Of a stretch of 62,215 bases of DNA, positions 52,791-61,859 are shown piece after piece (position 1 is the stretch's first letter; every line of letters starts with the position of its first letter). Under the pieces are notes generated by a model, which saw only the letters and a list, made by a program, of their open reading frames with translations, did not search any database and had not been told where the DNA came from. Source of the DNA: a virus (taxonomy: Duplodnaviria; Caudoviricetes); IMG/VR virus record IMGVR_UViG_3300044844_001006, positions 1-62,215 of that record; one strand, given 5' to 3'. The position numbers and the translations under genes are program-made.

Positions 52791-53023
52791 TGCGTGGGCG
52801 GCTCCGGTGGCACCTCAGATTCTTGCCGCCGCCGCCCATCCAACTGCGCCAACAGGGTGCCGCCTGTCGTGGCTGCCGCCAGGGCCCCGGTGCCTGCAGC
52901 CTTCCAGATTTCCACGCACTCCCCGCCCTGCGACTGGCAGTAGATCGCCCCGCCAAACCCTCCGGCAGCAGCAAGGCCGAGGCATAGGGCCACGGTGTTG
53001 ATGATGACCTCCCGGCAGTTCAT
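52787..53023 (-). CDS. Holin-like membrane protein
   Basis: 78 aa with two hydrophobic segments, upstream of the peptidase. Confidence 0.5.
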   Translation of the reverse strand: MNCREVIINTVALCLGLAAAGGFGGAIYCQSQGGECVEIWKAAGTGALAAATTGGTLLAQLDGRRRQESEVPPEPPTH

Positions 53024-53274
53024 CTTGCCTCTAGTCGGGTTACGCGCCGATCAATGCTGAGCGCATGTTCCTCAATTTTTTCTATCCGACCCTCTGCCGC
53101 AAGTTGGCGGCTAAGAGTAGCTTTCTGATTTTCAAGTACCAGGTCTAATTGCCTGGGAACTGTTAGCCCAATATACCCAATCCCTGCAACCGCCAGCAGT
53201 ATCAAGCCTGCCGCAACCTGCGGAGTTACGTTTGACCAGAACGATTGCGCTTGGTCCTGTTCGTCTGGGAGCAT
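53020..53274 (-). CDS. Membrane protein with coiled coil (lysis-associated)
   Basis: One transmembrane segment, then ...IDRRVTRLEAR. Confidence 0.6.
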   Translation of the reverse strand: MLPDEQDQAQSFWSNVTPQVAAGLILLAVAGIGYIGLTVPRQLDLVLENQKATLSRQLAAEGRIEKIEEHALSIDRRVTRLEAR

Positions 53275-53331
53275 GGCAGGGTAACCTCTGCCTCAGTTTT
53301 CCCGATCCTGCAGCGGTGCTGCAAATTTGGG

Positions 53332-53937
53332 CTAGGCGGGCTGATCAGGCGCCCCAAGCGCTCGAATCAGCTCGGCTGATAGGTGGTACGTGGTGGCGAT
53401 CTGAGCCATACCGCTAGCCACCTCTGGGGATACCAATCCGGCCCGGCGAAGGTTTAGCCATGCAGCTATAAACGGGGCCTGGTCGCTGGCAGCCCCCAGG
53501 ACTGCGGCGTCTATGGCGGACAGGGCCGTGCTAGCCCGAAGTAGTCGCTGAAGCCTTTCCCCCTCTGCGGTTAGCAACTCAGATTCCAGAATCTGCCGCG
53601 CCTTGATACGAGCAGCGGCGAAGGCCGCCGATTGCAATAGCTCTGCCTGAAATGCAGACCAGTTAGGCGGGGGAGCTAACGCGGAAACCTCGCGGAGTTC
53701 CCATCCATACGTCACCGTGCCGTTTACGTCACGATCTGAATCTAAATTGGTGATTTCGATTATAGGGGGTCGAGAGTGAACGGCGTGAATAGAAGTGTCG
53801 TAATCTGTTGGTTGTTCATGCTCTACAACCTCTAGCACGAAAAACTGTGCGCGATCCAGTCCCACCACGGGTTCGCTGTCCTGGCGGGGGTAGGGGAGCA
53901 ACTGGTTGGTGGCGCGGTCGAGAAGGAGGCGGGTCAT
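53332..53937 (-). CDS. Tail fibre-associated hypothetical protein
   Basis: PYPRQDSEPVVGLD N terminus. Follows the LamG gene. Confidence 0.6.
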   Translation of the reverse strand: MTRLLLDRATNQLLPYPRQDSEPVVGLDRAQFFVLEVVEHEQPTDYDTSIHAVHSRPPIIEITNLDSDRDVNGTVTYGWELREVSALAPPPNWSAFQAELLQSAAFAAARIKARQILESELLTAEGERLQRLLRASTALSAIDAAVLGAASDQAPFIAAWLNLRRAGLVSPEVASGMAQIATTYHLSAELIRALGAPDQPA

Positions 53938-53950
53938 GGTGGTTCAGTGA

Positions 53951-54649
53951 TTAGAGGTTAGGGAATGGCGCGGTTGGGACGGTGATCGTTCCGCCGCTAT
54001 ACAGGGCGTTACGAGTTACCCTAAACTCATTGATGTAGCCATTCAATCTATAATTATTATTGTAAGCGATAGTAGAGGCTGGGTTGCTGCTGCCAATTGT
54101 GAATGGCCCCGTGTTTGACAAGTTGTTAGTAAATGCAGTTGAGCTAGTTCTTGTGCCGTTGACATAGATGTTTAACGTGCCTGATTGCCGCACAAATGCA
54201 ACATGGTTCCATTGGTTGAGGCTCAGCGCACCGGAACCAAAAAAGCCATTGCTATAAATCTGTGCCCCGTTGTTATTGTTGGAGCCAACAATAAAAATTA
54301 TTCCACTTGAGTTTAAGTGATTGCCAATTTCTAGCAATCCCGAATACTGGTTAAGGGTGTTTTGATACAGGAACGCTTCAACCGTGAAGTCCCCTGTCCC
54401 AAACGCAAGCAGCGCATTCGATGGGACCGTGAGATAGCTCCCCAGTGTGTTGGGGAAATAGATCGAGCCGCCTCCGAACTTGCTTGGAGTGCTGCTGATA
54501 CTTGGAGCAGGGGAACCGCTTGCCGTGACCGTCCGGCCATAGGTGCTGCTATCAACGATTGGCGACGAGGTGCCATGCAGCAATATCAGGCTGGTGGGGC
54601 CAGTGACTGGGGCCGCAAACCTATAACTATTGCCCCAATACTGCAGCAT
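53951..54649 (-). CDS. LamG/concanavalin A-like protein (receptor-binding candidate)
   Basis: SKFGGGSIYF, FGTGDFTVE, WNHVAFVR..GTLNIYVNG and GYINEFRVT motifs. Confidence 0.88.
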   Translation of the reverse strand: MLQYWGNSYRFAAPVTGPTSLILLHGTSSPIVDSSTYGRTVTASGSPAPSISSTPSKFGGGSIYFPNTLGSYLTVPSNALLAFGTGDFTVEAFLYQNTLNQYSGLLEIGNHLNSSGIIFIVGSNNNNGAQIYSNGFFGSGALSLNQWNHVAFVRQSGTLNIYVNGTRTSSTAFTNNLSNTGPFTIGSSNPASTIAYNNNYRLNGYINEFRVTRNALYSGGTITVPTAPFPNL

Positions 54650-56208
54650 TAGCCCTCCCTCCGGGTCTGCGCAATTACTTTCAGGCCAGCGCCTGCAACA
54701 AGGCTGCCGATCTGCCTTACAAAGAGGGTAACGGAAGACCCGACTGCGATTGTTGGTGCAGATGCAAATGCAGTAGTAAACGCACCGGCAGATGCCGTGG
54801 AGTTAGTAGAGCCCGCCGCAATGGTTGGGTAGGTGCCACCACTGGCAGGTAGGTAGATCGAAGTCCCACCAACCCGAATGTCAAACTGCAGCGCCGCACC
54901 TGTTGGAGCAGTTGCCACGGCCCAGATTGGCAGGCTGGTGAGCGTGGTTGCGTGGGGCCAGTAGGGGATTGTGACCTTGGCGACGGTTGATGATGCAGTG
55001 AGGGCCGTTGTCTCATCAGAGAGCGGAATCACTAGATCCGCCAACGTGGCCAGGTTGGTGCCGTTGAACGCCAGGCCGATAGGGGTGTAAACCTGCGGAG
55101 CGCCAGCAGATGCGGCGCCCAGAATGCCAGCGGATTGCGTCAACCCGCTGGCGCCGATGGCACCAGAGCCAGCAGCGCTCAGGTTACTGCGGGCTGTCGA
55201 GGGGTTAACTAGGTCGCTCAGGTTGCTGGCCTTCACTAGCAGGCCAGACAGATCCTGATCCCCAGTATTCGTGCCGGTGATGCTATCGAGCTTGGCCTTT
55301 GACGCCGACCCTGCCCACCAGGATGCCGCCGCCGCTTCGCCCCTGGCGGTCGTGAAATACAGGTTGACCGACCCCTCTGGCACCGCATCAGTGCTGCCGG
55401 GGCTGGGGTTGATCTCGACGTAGACCGAGCCCGACCAGCGGTAGTTGCGATTCGTGGCAAGGCTGACGTAGAGCTTCCCCGCCTCGCCAGTTGCCGGGAA
55501 CGCCGCGACGTTGACGAACTCCAGAACGTCATCCACAAATCCAGGGAGCTGCGCAGAAGGCACCTGGCCCCCCACGAGATCGGCTTTTGCTGCCAAGGCT
55601 GAAGTCAGCCCAGTAGGCTGCACCGCCGTATCAGCCTTTGCCCCCTGCGCTGCCGTGGCATAGGCGGTCGCGTCCGTCGTTGCGGCAGTGCCCAGGCCAG
55701 TCACATCCGCTGGCGCGAGCGTCACCGCTCCAGTACGCCCAGCGACGCTTTGCACCGGGGCCGCTGCTGCTGCCTCTGCTGCGGTGGCGTAGGTGGGGTG
55801 CGGGTCCGCCGCTGCTGCGTGCGCCGCTATCGCCGCTGCTGCTGTGCCCGCCGCGTCTGCGCCCACCTGGGCCGCCGTTGGCATGGCGTGTCGGTGATCG
55901 CCTTTGCTGCCTACTAACGCCGTGCCTGCTGATGGGGTGCCAAGCGGTTCGGGGGTGCTATCCGACAGGGACGCGCCGCCAGTACCCGTCAGCGTGAATT
56001 GAACCGATCCCCAGTTAGACGTTTTCGGACCATAGACATCCCCGTTACTGCGCAGATAGAAATCACCGGCAAGACCAAGGCTGGACGCCGGAACCGCCGT
56101 ACCCGTCAGCCACCGTGAACCTATCGGCCCCTGAGGACCTGGGGTGACAACATCAACAACAACTGGCCCGCTGGGAACCAGAACATCAATAACCGCAGGG
56201 CAGCTCAC
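54649..56208 (-). CDS. Tail fibre protein
   Basis: GPQGP, VQSVAGRTGAVTL, QLPGFVDDVLE...GEAGKLY...YRWSGSVYVEI, TDAVPEGSVNLYFT and NTGDQDLS fibre motifs. Confidence 0.88.
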   Translation of the reverse strand: MSCPAVIDVLVPSGPVVVDVVTPGPQGPIGSRWLTGTAVPASSLGLAGDFYLRSNGDVYGPKTSNWGSVQFTLTGTGGASLSDSTPEPLGTPSAGTALVGSKGDHRHAMPTAAQVGADAAGTAAAAIAAHAAAADPHPTYATAAEAAAAAPVQSVAGRTGAVTLAPADVTGLGTAATTDATAYATAAQGAKADTAVQPTGLTSALAAKADLVGGQVPSAQLPGFVDDVLEFVNVAAFPATGEAGKLYVSLATNRNYRWSGSVYVEINPSPGSTDAVPEGSVNLYFTTARGEAAAASWWAGSASKAKLDSITGTNTGDQDLSGLLVKASNLSDLVNPSTARSNLSAAGSGAIGASGLTQSAGILGAASAGAPQVYTPIGLAFNGTNLATLADLVIPLSDETTALTASSTVAKVTIPYWPHATTLTSLPIWAVATAPTGAALQFDIRVGGTSIYLPASGGTYPTIAAGSTNSTASAGAFTTAFASAPTIAVGSSVTLFVRQIGSLVAGAGLKVIAQTRREG

Positions 56209-56567
56209 GTCGTCCTCCGTGCTGGCCGGAATGTCGGCACTGCTGGGCCAAACGCAACATGAACATCATCCGCAGGCTCATTACCAGGAGCCACCGCCAA
56301 GATGTTGTAAACCCACTCCTTTCCTACCTTGAGGCTGTTCACCGTCGCTTCGGGCAAGATTGCTACCAAACTGCCGGCCGCGGAATCCGATTCGCTAAGA
56401 TCCAGCTGGTAAATCAAGCTGCGCTTGGTATCACTCACAAACCCGTAGATGGTCCAGCCCGTAAAAATGAACGGTGTCGTCTTGGCCGTGTTTGCCCACA
56501 GCTTCAGCTCCAGACGGGCATCAACACCCTGCTCCATCTCCCAGGTTTTCCCTTCAACCCAGGCCAC
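56205..56567 (-). CDS. Fibre-attachment/baseplate-like hypothetical protein
   Basis: 120 aa, beta-rich, directly upstream of the fibre gene. Confidence 0.55.
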   Translation of the reverse strand: MAWVEGKTWEMEQGVDARLELKLWANTAKTTPFIFTGWTIYGFVSDTKRSLIYQLDLSESDSAAGSLVAILPEATVNSLKVGKEWVYNILAVAPGNEPADDVHVAFGPAVPTFRPARRTT

Positions 56568-56570
56568 AGA

Positions 56571-56804
56571 TCACGCCTCGCTGTCTGAGCTTTCCGTCCA
56601 TGCCTCGTCTTTCTCCGTTGCCGGGTCGTCAGCCGCGAACCGTCCACCCTTCACCCGTGCCCGCTTGCGCTTCGGCATGGGGCAAGCCACCGCTTCATCC
56701 GTGGCCCGCTCAGTAGCCTCCGCCGGGGCCTCCTTGGGCTCGCTCTCGGCCGCCACCTGCTGCGGTTGCTCCAGGTTCATGCCGTAGCCGATAGGGAAGT
56801 TCAT
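56571..56804 (-). CDS. Small hypothetical protein
   Basis: KRARVKGGRFAADDPATEKDEAW motif. Confidence 0.65.
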   Translation of the reverse strand: MNFPIGYGMNLEQPQQVAAESEPKEAPAEATERATDEAVACPMPKRKRARVKGGRFAADDPATEKDEAWTESSDSEA

Positions 56805-56863
56805 GGGGCTCCAAAGTGAAAGGGCCCCGAAGGGCCCTGGGTAAACACAAACCGCCTAGCGGC

Positions 56864-57553
56864 TCACTCCGCAGGAACCAGCGCCACCGTGTTGGTACCA
56901 ACCGGCACAGCGGCACCGTTGGTCACTGTCCCGGTCGCCGATGCTGAGGCGATGTTGGACTGGGTGGAGGTGTAGCTGAACGTGGTGGAGGTCACTTCCG
57001 TAATGGTGAAGGTGCCGTTCACCAGCGGGTTAGAGCAACCCACAGTGACAACCTCACCCACCAGCATGGTGTGAGCAGCCGACAGGGTGATGGTCGCCTT
57101 GTTGGTGGTGAGCGCCACGTTGCTGATGCTCAGCGTGCCAGTGCCGGGGCGAACCCGAACCGCAGCAACCCGAACATCACCGGTCACTGAACCGGCAGCC
57201 TTGACGGCATCCCGGATTTGCTTACCGCCGACAACCACCTCGTTGGGGTTGGATTGCCCAGTCCCAATCGTGATCACGCCGATGTTGGCGTAGGCCGAAG
57301 CGGAGCTAAGGGCAGCACCCTCAGCAACGTGAGCAGCTTGCAGCACGTAGCCGCCAGCGGAGTTACTAGACTGGCCATAGGCGACTAGCTTCCAATCGTT
57401 CTGGGCTGCCAGGTTGGTAGTAAGCAACCGAGCGGCACCGGTACGAGTTTCTGCAACTCGGCCACGGGCACCGGCCTTGACTTCGCCGACCATTACGGTC
57501 ATTGCATCCAGTAGATAGCCCCTTCGGGGGGCCAGTCCAGTTGCGCGTGCCAT
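56864..57553 (-). CDS. Capsid decoration/minor capsid protein with an inserted beta domain
   Basis: Follows the major capsid gene. PRRGYLLDA N terminus, and carries the shared ATITLSAAH...NGTFTIT domain. Confidence 0.6.
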   Translation of the reverse strand: MARATGLAPRRGYLLDAMTVMVGEVKAGARGRVAETRTGAARLLTTNLAAQNDWKLVAYGQSSNSAGGYVLQAAHVAEGAALSSASAYANIGVITIGTGQSNPNEVVVGGKQIRDAVKAAGSVTGDVRVAAVRVRPGTGTLSISNVALTTNKATITLSAAHTMLVGEVVTVGCSNPLVNGTFTITEVTSTTFSYTSTQSNIASASATGTVTNGAAVPVGTNTVALVPAE

Positions 57554-57603
57554 GAATCAAAACCTCAGGAAATTAGGGAATGGATGGATCAATAGAGCAA
57601 TGA

Positions 57604-58518
57604 TCAGGCTGTCATTGCAGCATTGGTGATGCCGTATGCGCGGGCAGCAGATCTGCCGTTCAAGATTGCAAGGCCAGCCCCCCATTCAATCCGGGTGCGA
57701 TCAACTGGAGCATCCTGGACGTGGCCAAATGCCGTTACGTCAACCCCGTATCCACCAGCCGAATCAGGGCCTTGGATGCCCGTGACTTGTTGATCGCCAT
57801 AGGCGACGCAGTAAACACTTGTGGTATTACCGGATTCAGTAAAGCCTTGGATGGGGACGTTCTGGGCGTTGGTGTCAGTAACGACAATCGGCGTCTCACC
57901 GTAAGTAGTGATCAGTTTGCCAAACTCATCCCTGGTGGTAGTCAGGAACCCGCCAATAGTGGTGCTGCGACTGGCGGCGGTAAGAAGCCGGCGCATCGCT
58001 TTGCCCATGTGGATAACCTTGTTGTCGCCGTCTACGGAGTCAATCAACTCATCCAGTTTTTGCAGCGAAAACGCCCCATTAGAATTGAAAGCTTGGGAGC
58101 TTTCAGTTCCGATTCGCTTCTTTAGGCCGTCAAAGGCACGGGGGTCAACCGACTCGTCTCCGTTAAACCAGTAATCTTCAAACGTAAGCCGCATAGAGCG
58201 CAGCTTGGCTTCAATTTGTTGGGCCTTTACTTGTGGTCCCTTGTTCTTGATGAGGTGCATATCCACGTCGATGTCGCCGCCAAACGGCTTGAGCCGTTCG
58301 TAATCGGGGTTCATGACCCCGTAAGTGACATCGAAGGTTTCGTTTACGCCACGAAAGCCAACCGCAGGCAGCTCGGCCTCAGTCATGTAATCAATGCCGC
58401 CTTGCACATCAAGGAAAGGCACGATGCGGATCACTTGACTCTCGGCGAGAGCGCGAATAACGACCACCCGTTGCTGATTGGTATCAGTCTTGGCGGCCTC
58501 CAGAAGTGTTAGTCCCAT
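57604..58518 (-). CDS. Major capsid protein
   Basis: MGLTLLEAAK...VGFRGVNE...FGGDIDVD...FNGD...FDGLKKRI...RIEWGAGLA, downstream of the scaffold. Confidence 0.9.
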   Translation of the reverse strand: MGLTLLEAAKTDTNQQRVVVIRALAESQVIRIVPFLDVQGGIDYMTEAELPAVGFRGVNETFDVTYGVMNPDYERLKPFGGDIDVDMHLIKNKGPQVKAQQIEAKLRSMRLTFEDYWFNGDESVDPRAFDGLKKRIGTESSQAFNSNGAFSLQKLDELIDSVDGDNKVIHMGKAMRRLLTAASRSTTIGGFLTTTRDEFGKLITTYGETPIVVTDTNAQNVPIQGFTESGNTTSVYCVAYGDQQVTGIQGPDSAGGYGVDVTAFGHVQDAPVDRTRIEWGAGLAILNGRSAARAYGITNAAMTA

Positions 58519-58549
58519 TGGGGGAAATTCAGGTGAAGGTCAAAGGGGT

Positions 58550-59515
58550 GGCATCACGCCAAAGAGTCACCGCAGGGCATCACGCCAAGCTGTTTTTGGT
58601 TGGGACCAACCAAGGCATCACGCCATCGGTTGGTCCCTGTTGCTCGATCTTTCCCTGACCCCTAAGCCGCTAACAGCCGATCAACTGAAAACGTCCGCAA
58701 TAGCGGTGCTAAGGGGCACGACCATTAGATCCCTGCTGTTGGAGACGCGACCATCACGGCTGCTACGTGCCCCGCCGCCGGTTCCCATCGCGGGCTCGAA
58801 GTTGCGCCCCCACACGGGATCGGATTGCAGTCGCCGGAGCCACTTAACGGGTTCAAAGCGCTTGCCGGTTTCCGGGTCGATCTCTGGACTGCCGTTGGCA
58901 TCAACGACCACAAGTGCGCCGTCTTCATTGCGGAACTGAGGGCCAAAGCGGCTCCAGACCGAATCAAAGGGGGTGCTCCCGTCGATTTCGGATACCTCGG
59001 TGGATCCTTTGGCGCCGATGAATGCCTTCTCGGCTAGCTGCCGTACCAGCTCACGCTGGCGGGCCTCCCGCTCGGCCTGAAGGGCGGTGGTGGATGCTTC
59101 CAACTGCTGCGAGTATTTGGCCTCGATCTGCTGGCGCTCCAGGGCCGCTTGCTGCTCGATCAGCTCCCGCCGTGCCTGCTCCTGCTGGGCCTTGGCCTGT
59201 GCCTCGCGTACCGCCTCAGGGTTGGTCGTGGTCAGTTCCCGCAGCTGGGCTTCCATGGCCCCGATGCGGCGGTCCTTCTCGCGGTTGGCAGTGCGTTCAC
59301 GGTCGAGGGTGTGACGCAGCCGGGTTACGTCATCTCCATCTCCTTCGCCATCACCAGTTCCGGCGGCAGGGTCGCTAGGGCCCTGGCCTGCACCGGCCCC
59401 AGCCGCTGCGCCACCGCCTACGCCAGCGCCGCCGCCACCCTCGCTGCCACCCTCAGGGCTCTGGAGGATGAACTGCTCAAACCATCGCGTTTTCATTTAG
59501 TCGGGGCATCACGCC
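58550..59515 (-). repeat. GGCGTGATGCC mini-hairpin motif x4 in the capsid and scaffold leaders
   Basis: GGCATCACGCC on the plus strand at 58550, 58576, 58614 and 59505. Confidence 0.85.
58681..59496 (-). CDS. Capsid scaffolding protein
   Basis: Gly-rich acidic N terminus and long coiled coil, upstream of the major capsid gene. Confidence 0.8.
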   Translation of the reverse strand: MKTRWFEQFILQSPEGGSEGGGGAGVGGGAAAGAGAGQGPSDPAAGTGDGEGDGDDVTRLRHTLDRERTANREKDRRIGAMEAQLRELTTTNPEAVREAQAKAQQEQARRELIEQQAALERQQIEAKYSQQLEASTTALQAEREARQRELVRQLAEKAFIGAKGSTEVSEIDGSTPFDSVWSRFGPQFRNEDGALVVVDANGSPEIDPETGKRFEPVKWLRRLQSDPVWGRNFEPAMGTGGGARSSRDGRVSNSRDLMVVPLSTAIADVFS

Positions 59516-59675
59516 CGCGAGCAACTACAGCGCAGCTTTCCGGCTTAGCGTTTGCCCTGTGGCTTAGGTCGCTGGCGGCGCTCCTGTTCGCGTTCGGCAG
59601 CGGCCATACGGTTGGCGAGCTGCCGGGTTTGCACCGTCTCTAGGAGGGTTTCGATGGAGTCAGGCTGGTGGGTTG

Positions 59676-60950
59676 TCATATGTTTATGCCAAGTAGGCTG
59701 AGTTGATCGCGGCAATAGGAACCGCCGTGGTAGTCGTATGCAATAAGCATCTGATGGTCAGTGCCCAGTTCGACGGCATTAGCGGCAGGCTGTTGATCCA
59801 ATTCATCCTCAAGGAGTGTTGGCGTTACCGGCTGAGTTGCAACCGTAGCCCCAGGTATCACTCCAAACACCCCCCGTTCGGTAATTGGGGATGCGTAGCC
59901 TACGCTATCTCGTCGGTATCCTACTATTGGGATCTGGCCCGCTCCTGTCTCGTTTTGGAATTCCCCCAGAGCAGCATCAGCGTTAAATGTGCCTGGGTTT
60001 TTGTGATATAAAAAAGAAGCGGAAGAAGAGGCCCGAGCGTTGCTTGGCAGGCCCATTGCGTTAATTGCAAGGCCTGAACCTCTCCAGGCCTGCCCAATAG
60101 TTGCTTGCTCGTGTCCCCACGCTCCAGAACGTGTATCATTGTAGGCCTTTACAAGATTATCAAACAATGTTGGAAGCTGGGTAATAGCTGGCAACCTTAT
60201 CACGGATTCTTTTTTGATTAGGTACGTTCCAATGCTTTCGACTAAATATGTTGATGTTTCCGCGTAGGTCATTTGTACTGTACCGAGGCCTCCCCAGCCG
60301 TAGACACCGTTGGATTGCGTTGTGTACCTGACAATCGCCGAAAGCAAGACTATTGAGTCATCGCCAGCCGGCAAGGCAAACCACCAAACATCAAATTCAT
60401 TATTTAGAGACCTATTTAGGGTGCCGTCAATTTGTGTATAAAATAAGGGTGGCTCAACAGATTGGTATTCTCGCCAATTTTGATATGCCAAAGTAGATGT
60501 CCAGTTAAAAGTGAACACATCAGTAATCCAGTTTTCTGCGCTGCCAGACCCGATGTGTAGCCTTAACTCACAGGCGCCAGTCCATACTTCGGTCCCGCTG
60601 CAAGTCCTTACAACAGCAAAGCTTGTTCCAGCCCCATCGTATATGTTAGGTATAATAACTCCAGTAGACTGACTACAGCTAAGGCCATTTGAATAAGCAG
60701 GAGTGCCTAAAGTGTTGTTGTTTGCAACCCAGCCCACTCCTACGGCAACCTGACCTCCAATTACAAAGCTCGGTTCATCTCTCTTTCTAGTTATCAGTGG
60801 CGCCGGAGGCAGGGCCATCTCTCGCTTCAAAGCCTCCTTAGACCAGTCGCCGCTTCTCTTTGCTTTCTTCGCCCGGTTCTTAAGCATCCGAGCCCTTACC
60901 AGGTCCAGGATCTTCCATGGCACCGGATTGATGTCAACGATCAGGCTCAT
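59676..60950 (-). CDS. Tail-associated protein with a lower-GC central and C-terminal region
   Basis: 424 aa in the tail operon. Confidence 0.65.
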   Translation of the reverse strand: MSLIVDINPVPWKILDLVRARMLKNRAKKAKRSGDWSKEALKREMALPPAPLITRKRDEPSFVIGGQVAVGVGWVANNNTLGTPAYSNGLSCSQSTGVIIPNIYDGAGTSFAVVRTCSGTEVWTGACELRLHIGSGSAENWITDVFTFNWTSTLAYQNWREYQSVEPPLFYTQIDGTLNRSLNNEFDVWWFALPAGDDSIVLLSAIVRYTTQSNGVYGWGGLGTVQMTYAETSTYLVESIGTYLIKKESVIRLPAITQLPTLFDNLVKAYNDTRSGAWGHEQATIGQAWRGSGLAINAMGLPSNARASSSASFLYHKNPGTFNADAALGEFQNETGAGQIPIVGYRRDSVGYASPITERGVFGVIPGATVATQPVTPTLLEDELDQQPAANAVELGTDHQMLIAYDYHGGSYCRDQLSLLGINI

Positions 60951-61345
60951 CCTTGCGCGAGCAGTAGGACGTAGCTTTCGCTCTGCCCAGCCTGCATCGT
61001 TTTCGCTGTCGGCAGCAGCACCACTCGATCGGGATAGGTGCGGTTGTCCACCTGTAGCACGATCGCATCAAACGTGAAACCGCTGCCTGATGCCGTTAGT
61101 GACAGCGTGAACTGCGGCAGTTCGTAACGGGCATTACCGCTGTTGAAGCTGCCGGTCCCGATCGTGCCGGTTTTCTCTGTGTACCCGTTCCCATTCGATA
61201 GCTTCACCGCGTTCCAGGCACTCATCAGGCTGGCCTGGGTCAACACCACGCCATTGCGGTAGGCTAGCAGCAGCTTGTAGGTCTTGCCTTCGTAGGTGAG
61301 CTGCGCTTGTTTGCCCAGCGCATCCGGTGAGATCAGAACGTCCAT
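60947..61345 (-). CDS. Minor tail protein, paralog of 61376-61828
   Basis: Shared motif AW.AV..SxGNGY...GSFNS...R(Y/F)E. Confidence 0.7.
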   Translation of the reverse strand: MDVLISPDALGKQAQLTYEGKTYKLLLAYRNGVVLTQASLMSAWNAVKLSNGNGYTEKTGTIGTGSFNSGNARYELPQFTLSLTASGSGFTFDAIVLQVDNRTYPDRVVLLPTAKTMQAGQSESYVLLLAQG

Positions 61346-61375
61346 TGCAGCAACCGCTTACGGGAGCTTTCCCGA

Positions 61376-61828
61376 TCAAGCCGTCACCGTGAACCCATCG
61401 GTGAACAGGTTGACCGTGTAGGGGCGGCTTGCGCCCGCTGCAAGGCTGATGCTGGGGCTTTCGGTGAGGACGAACGACACGCCCGTGCTCCAGCTCACCG
61501 CACCACCGCTGCCGATGGTGCCGATTACCAGGTAGGCAGCGTTCCATGTCAAGCCAGCCCCTCCTGAGGAAGCAGAGAACTGACACGTCTGGGCAGCCGC
61601 TTCAAAGCGGTCTGTGGCGCTGTTGAAGCTCCCCTCGGGGATTGTCCATTCACACCTGGCGTAGCCGTTGCCGCTGCGCTCTACCGCGTCCCATGCCGCC
61701 GTAGTTGAACCGAGGCCTGGCGATCCTGTTGTGGTTGTAGCCAGACACAGCCGCGCCTTCTTTCCTGCGTAGCTGTTGGCAAACAAGCGACCCGCCTCAA
61801 AGGGGGTCTGAATCATCGCGGCAGGCAT
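61376..61828 (-). CDS. Minor tail protein
   Basis: 150 aa, preceded by GGGAAACCT. Confidence 0.7.
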   Translation of the reverse strand: MPAAMIQTPFEAGRLFANSYAGKKARLCLATTTTGSPGLGSTTAAWDAVERSGNGYARCEWTIPEGSFNSATDRFEAAAQTCQFSASSGGAGLTWNAAYLVIGTIGSGGAVSWSTGVSFVLTESPSISLAAGASRPYTVNLFTDGFTVTA

Positions 61829-61859
61829 AAGCGGCTAATGTCTGCTCTAGGTTTCCCGG

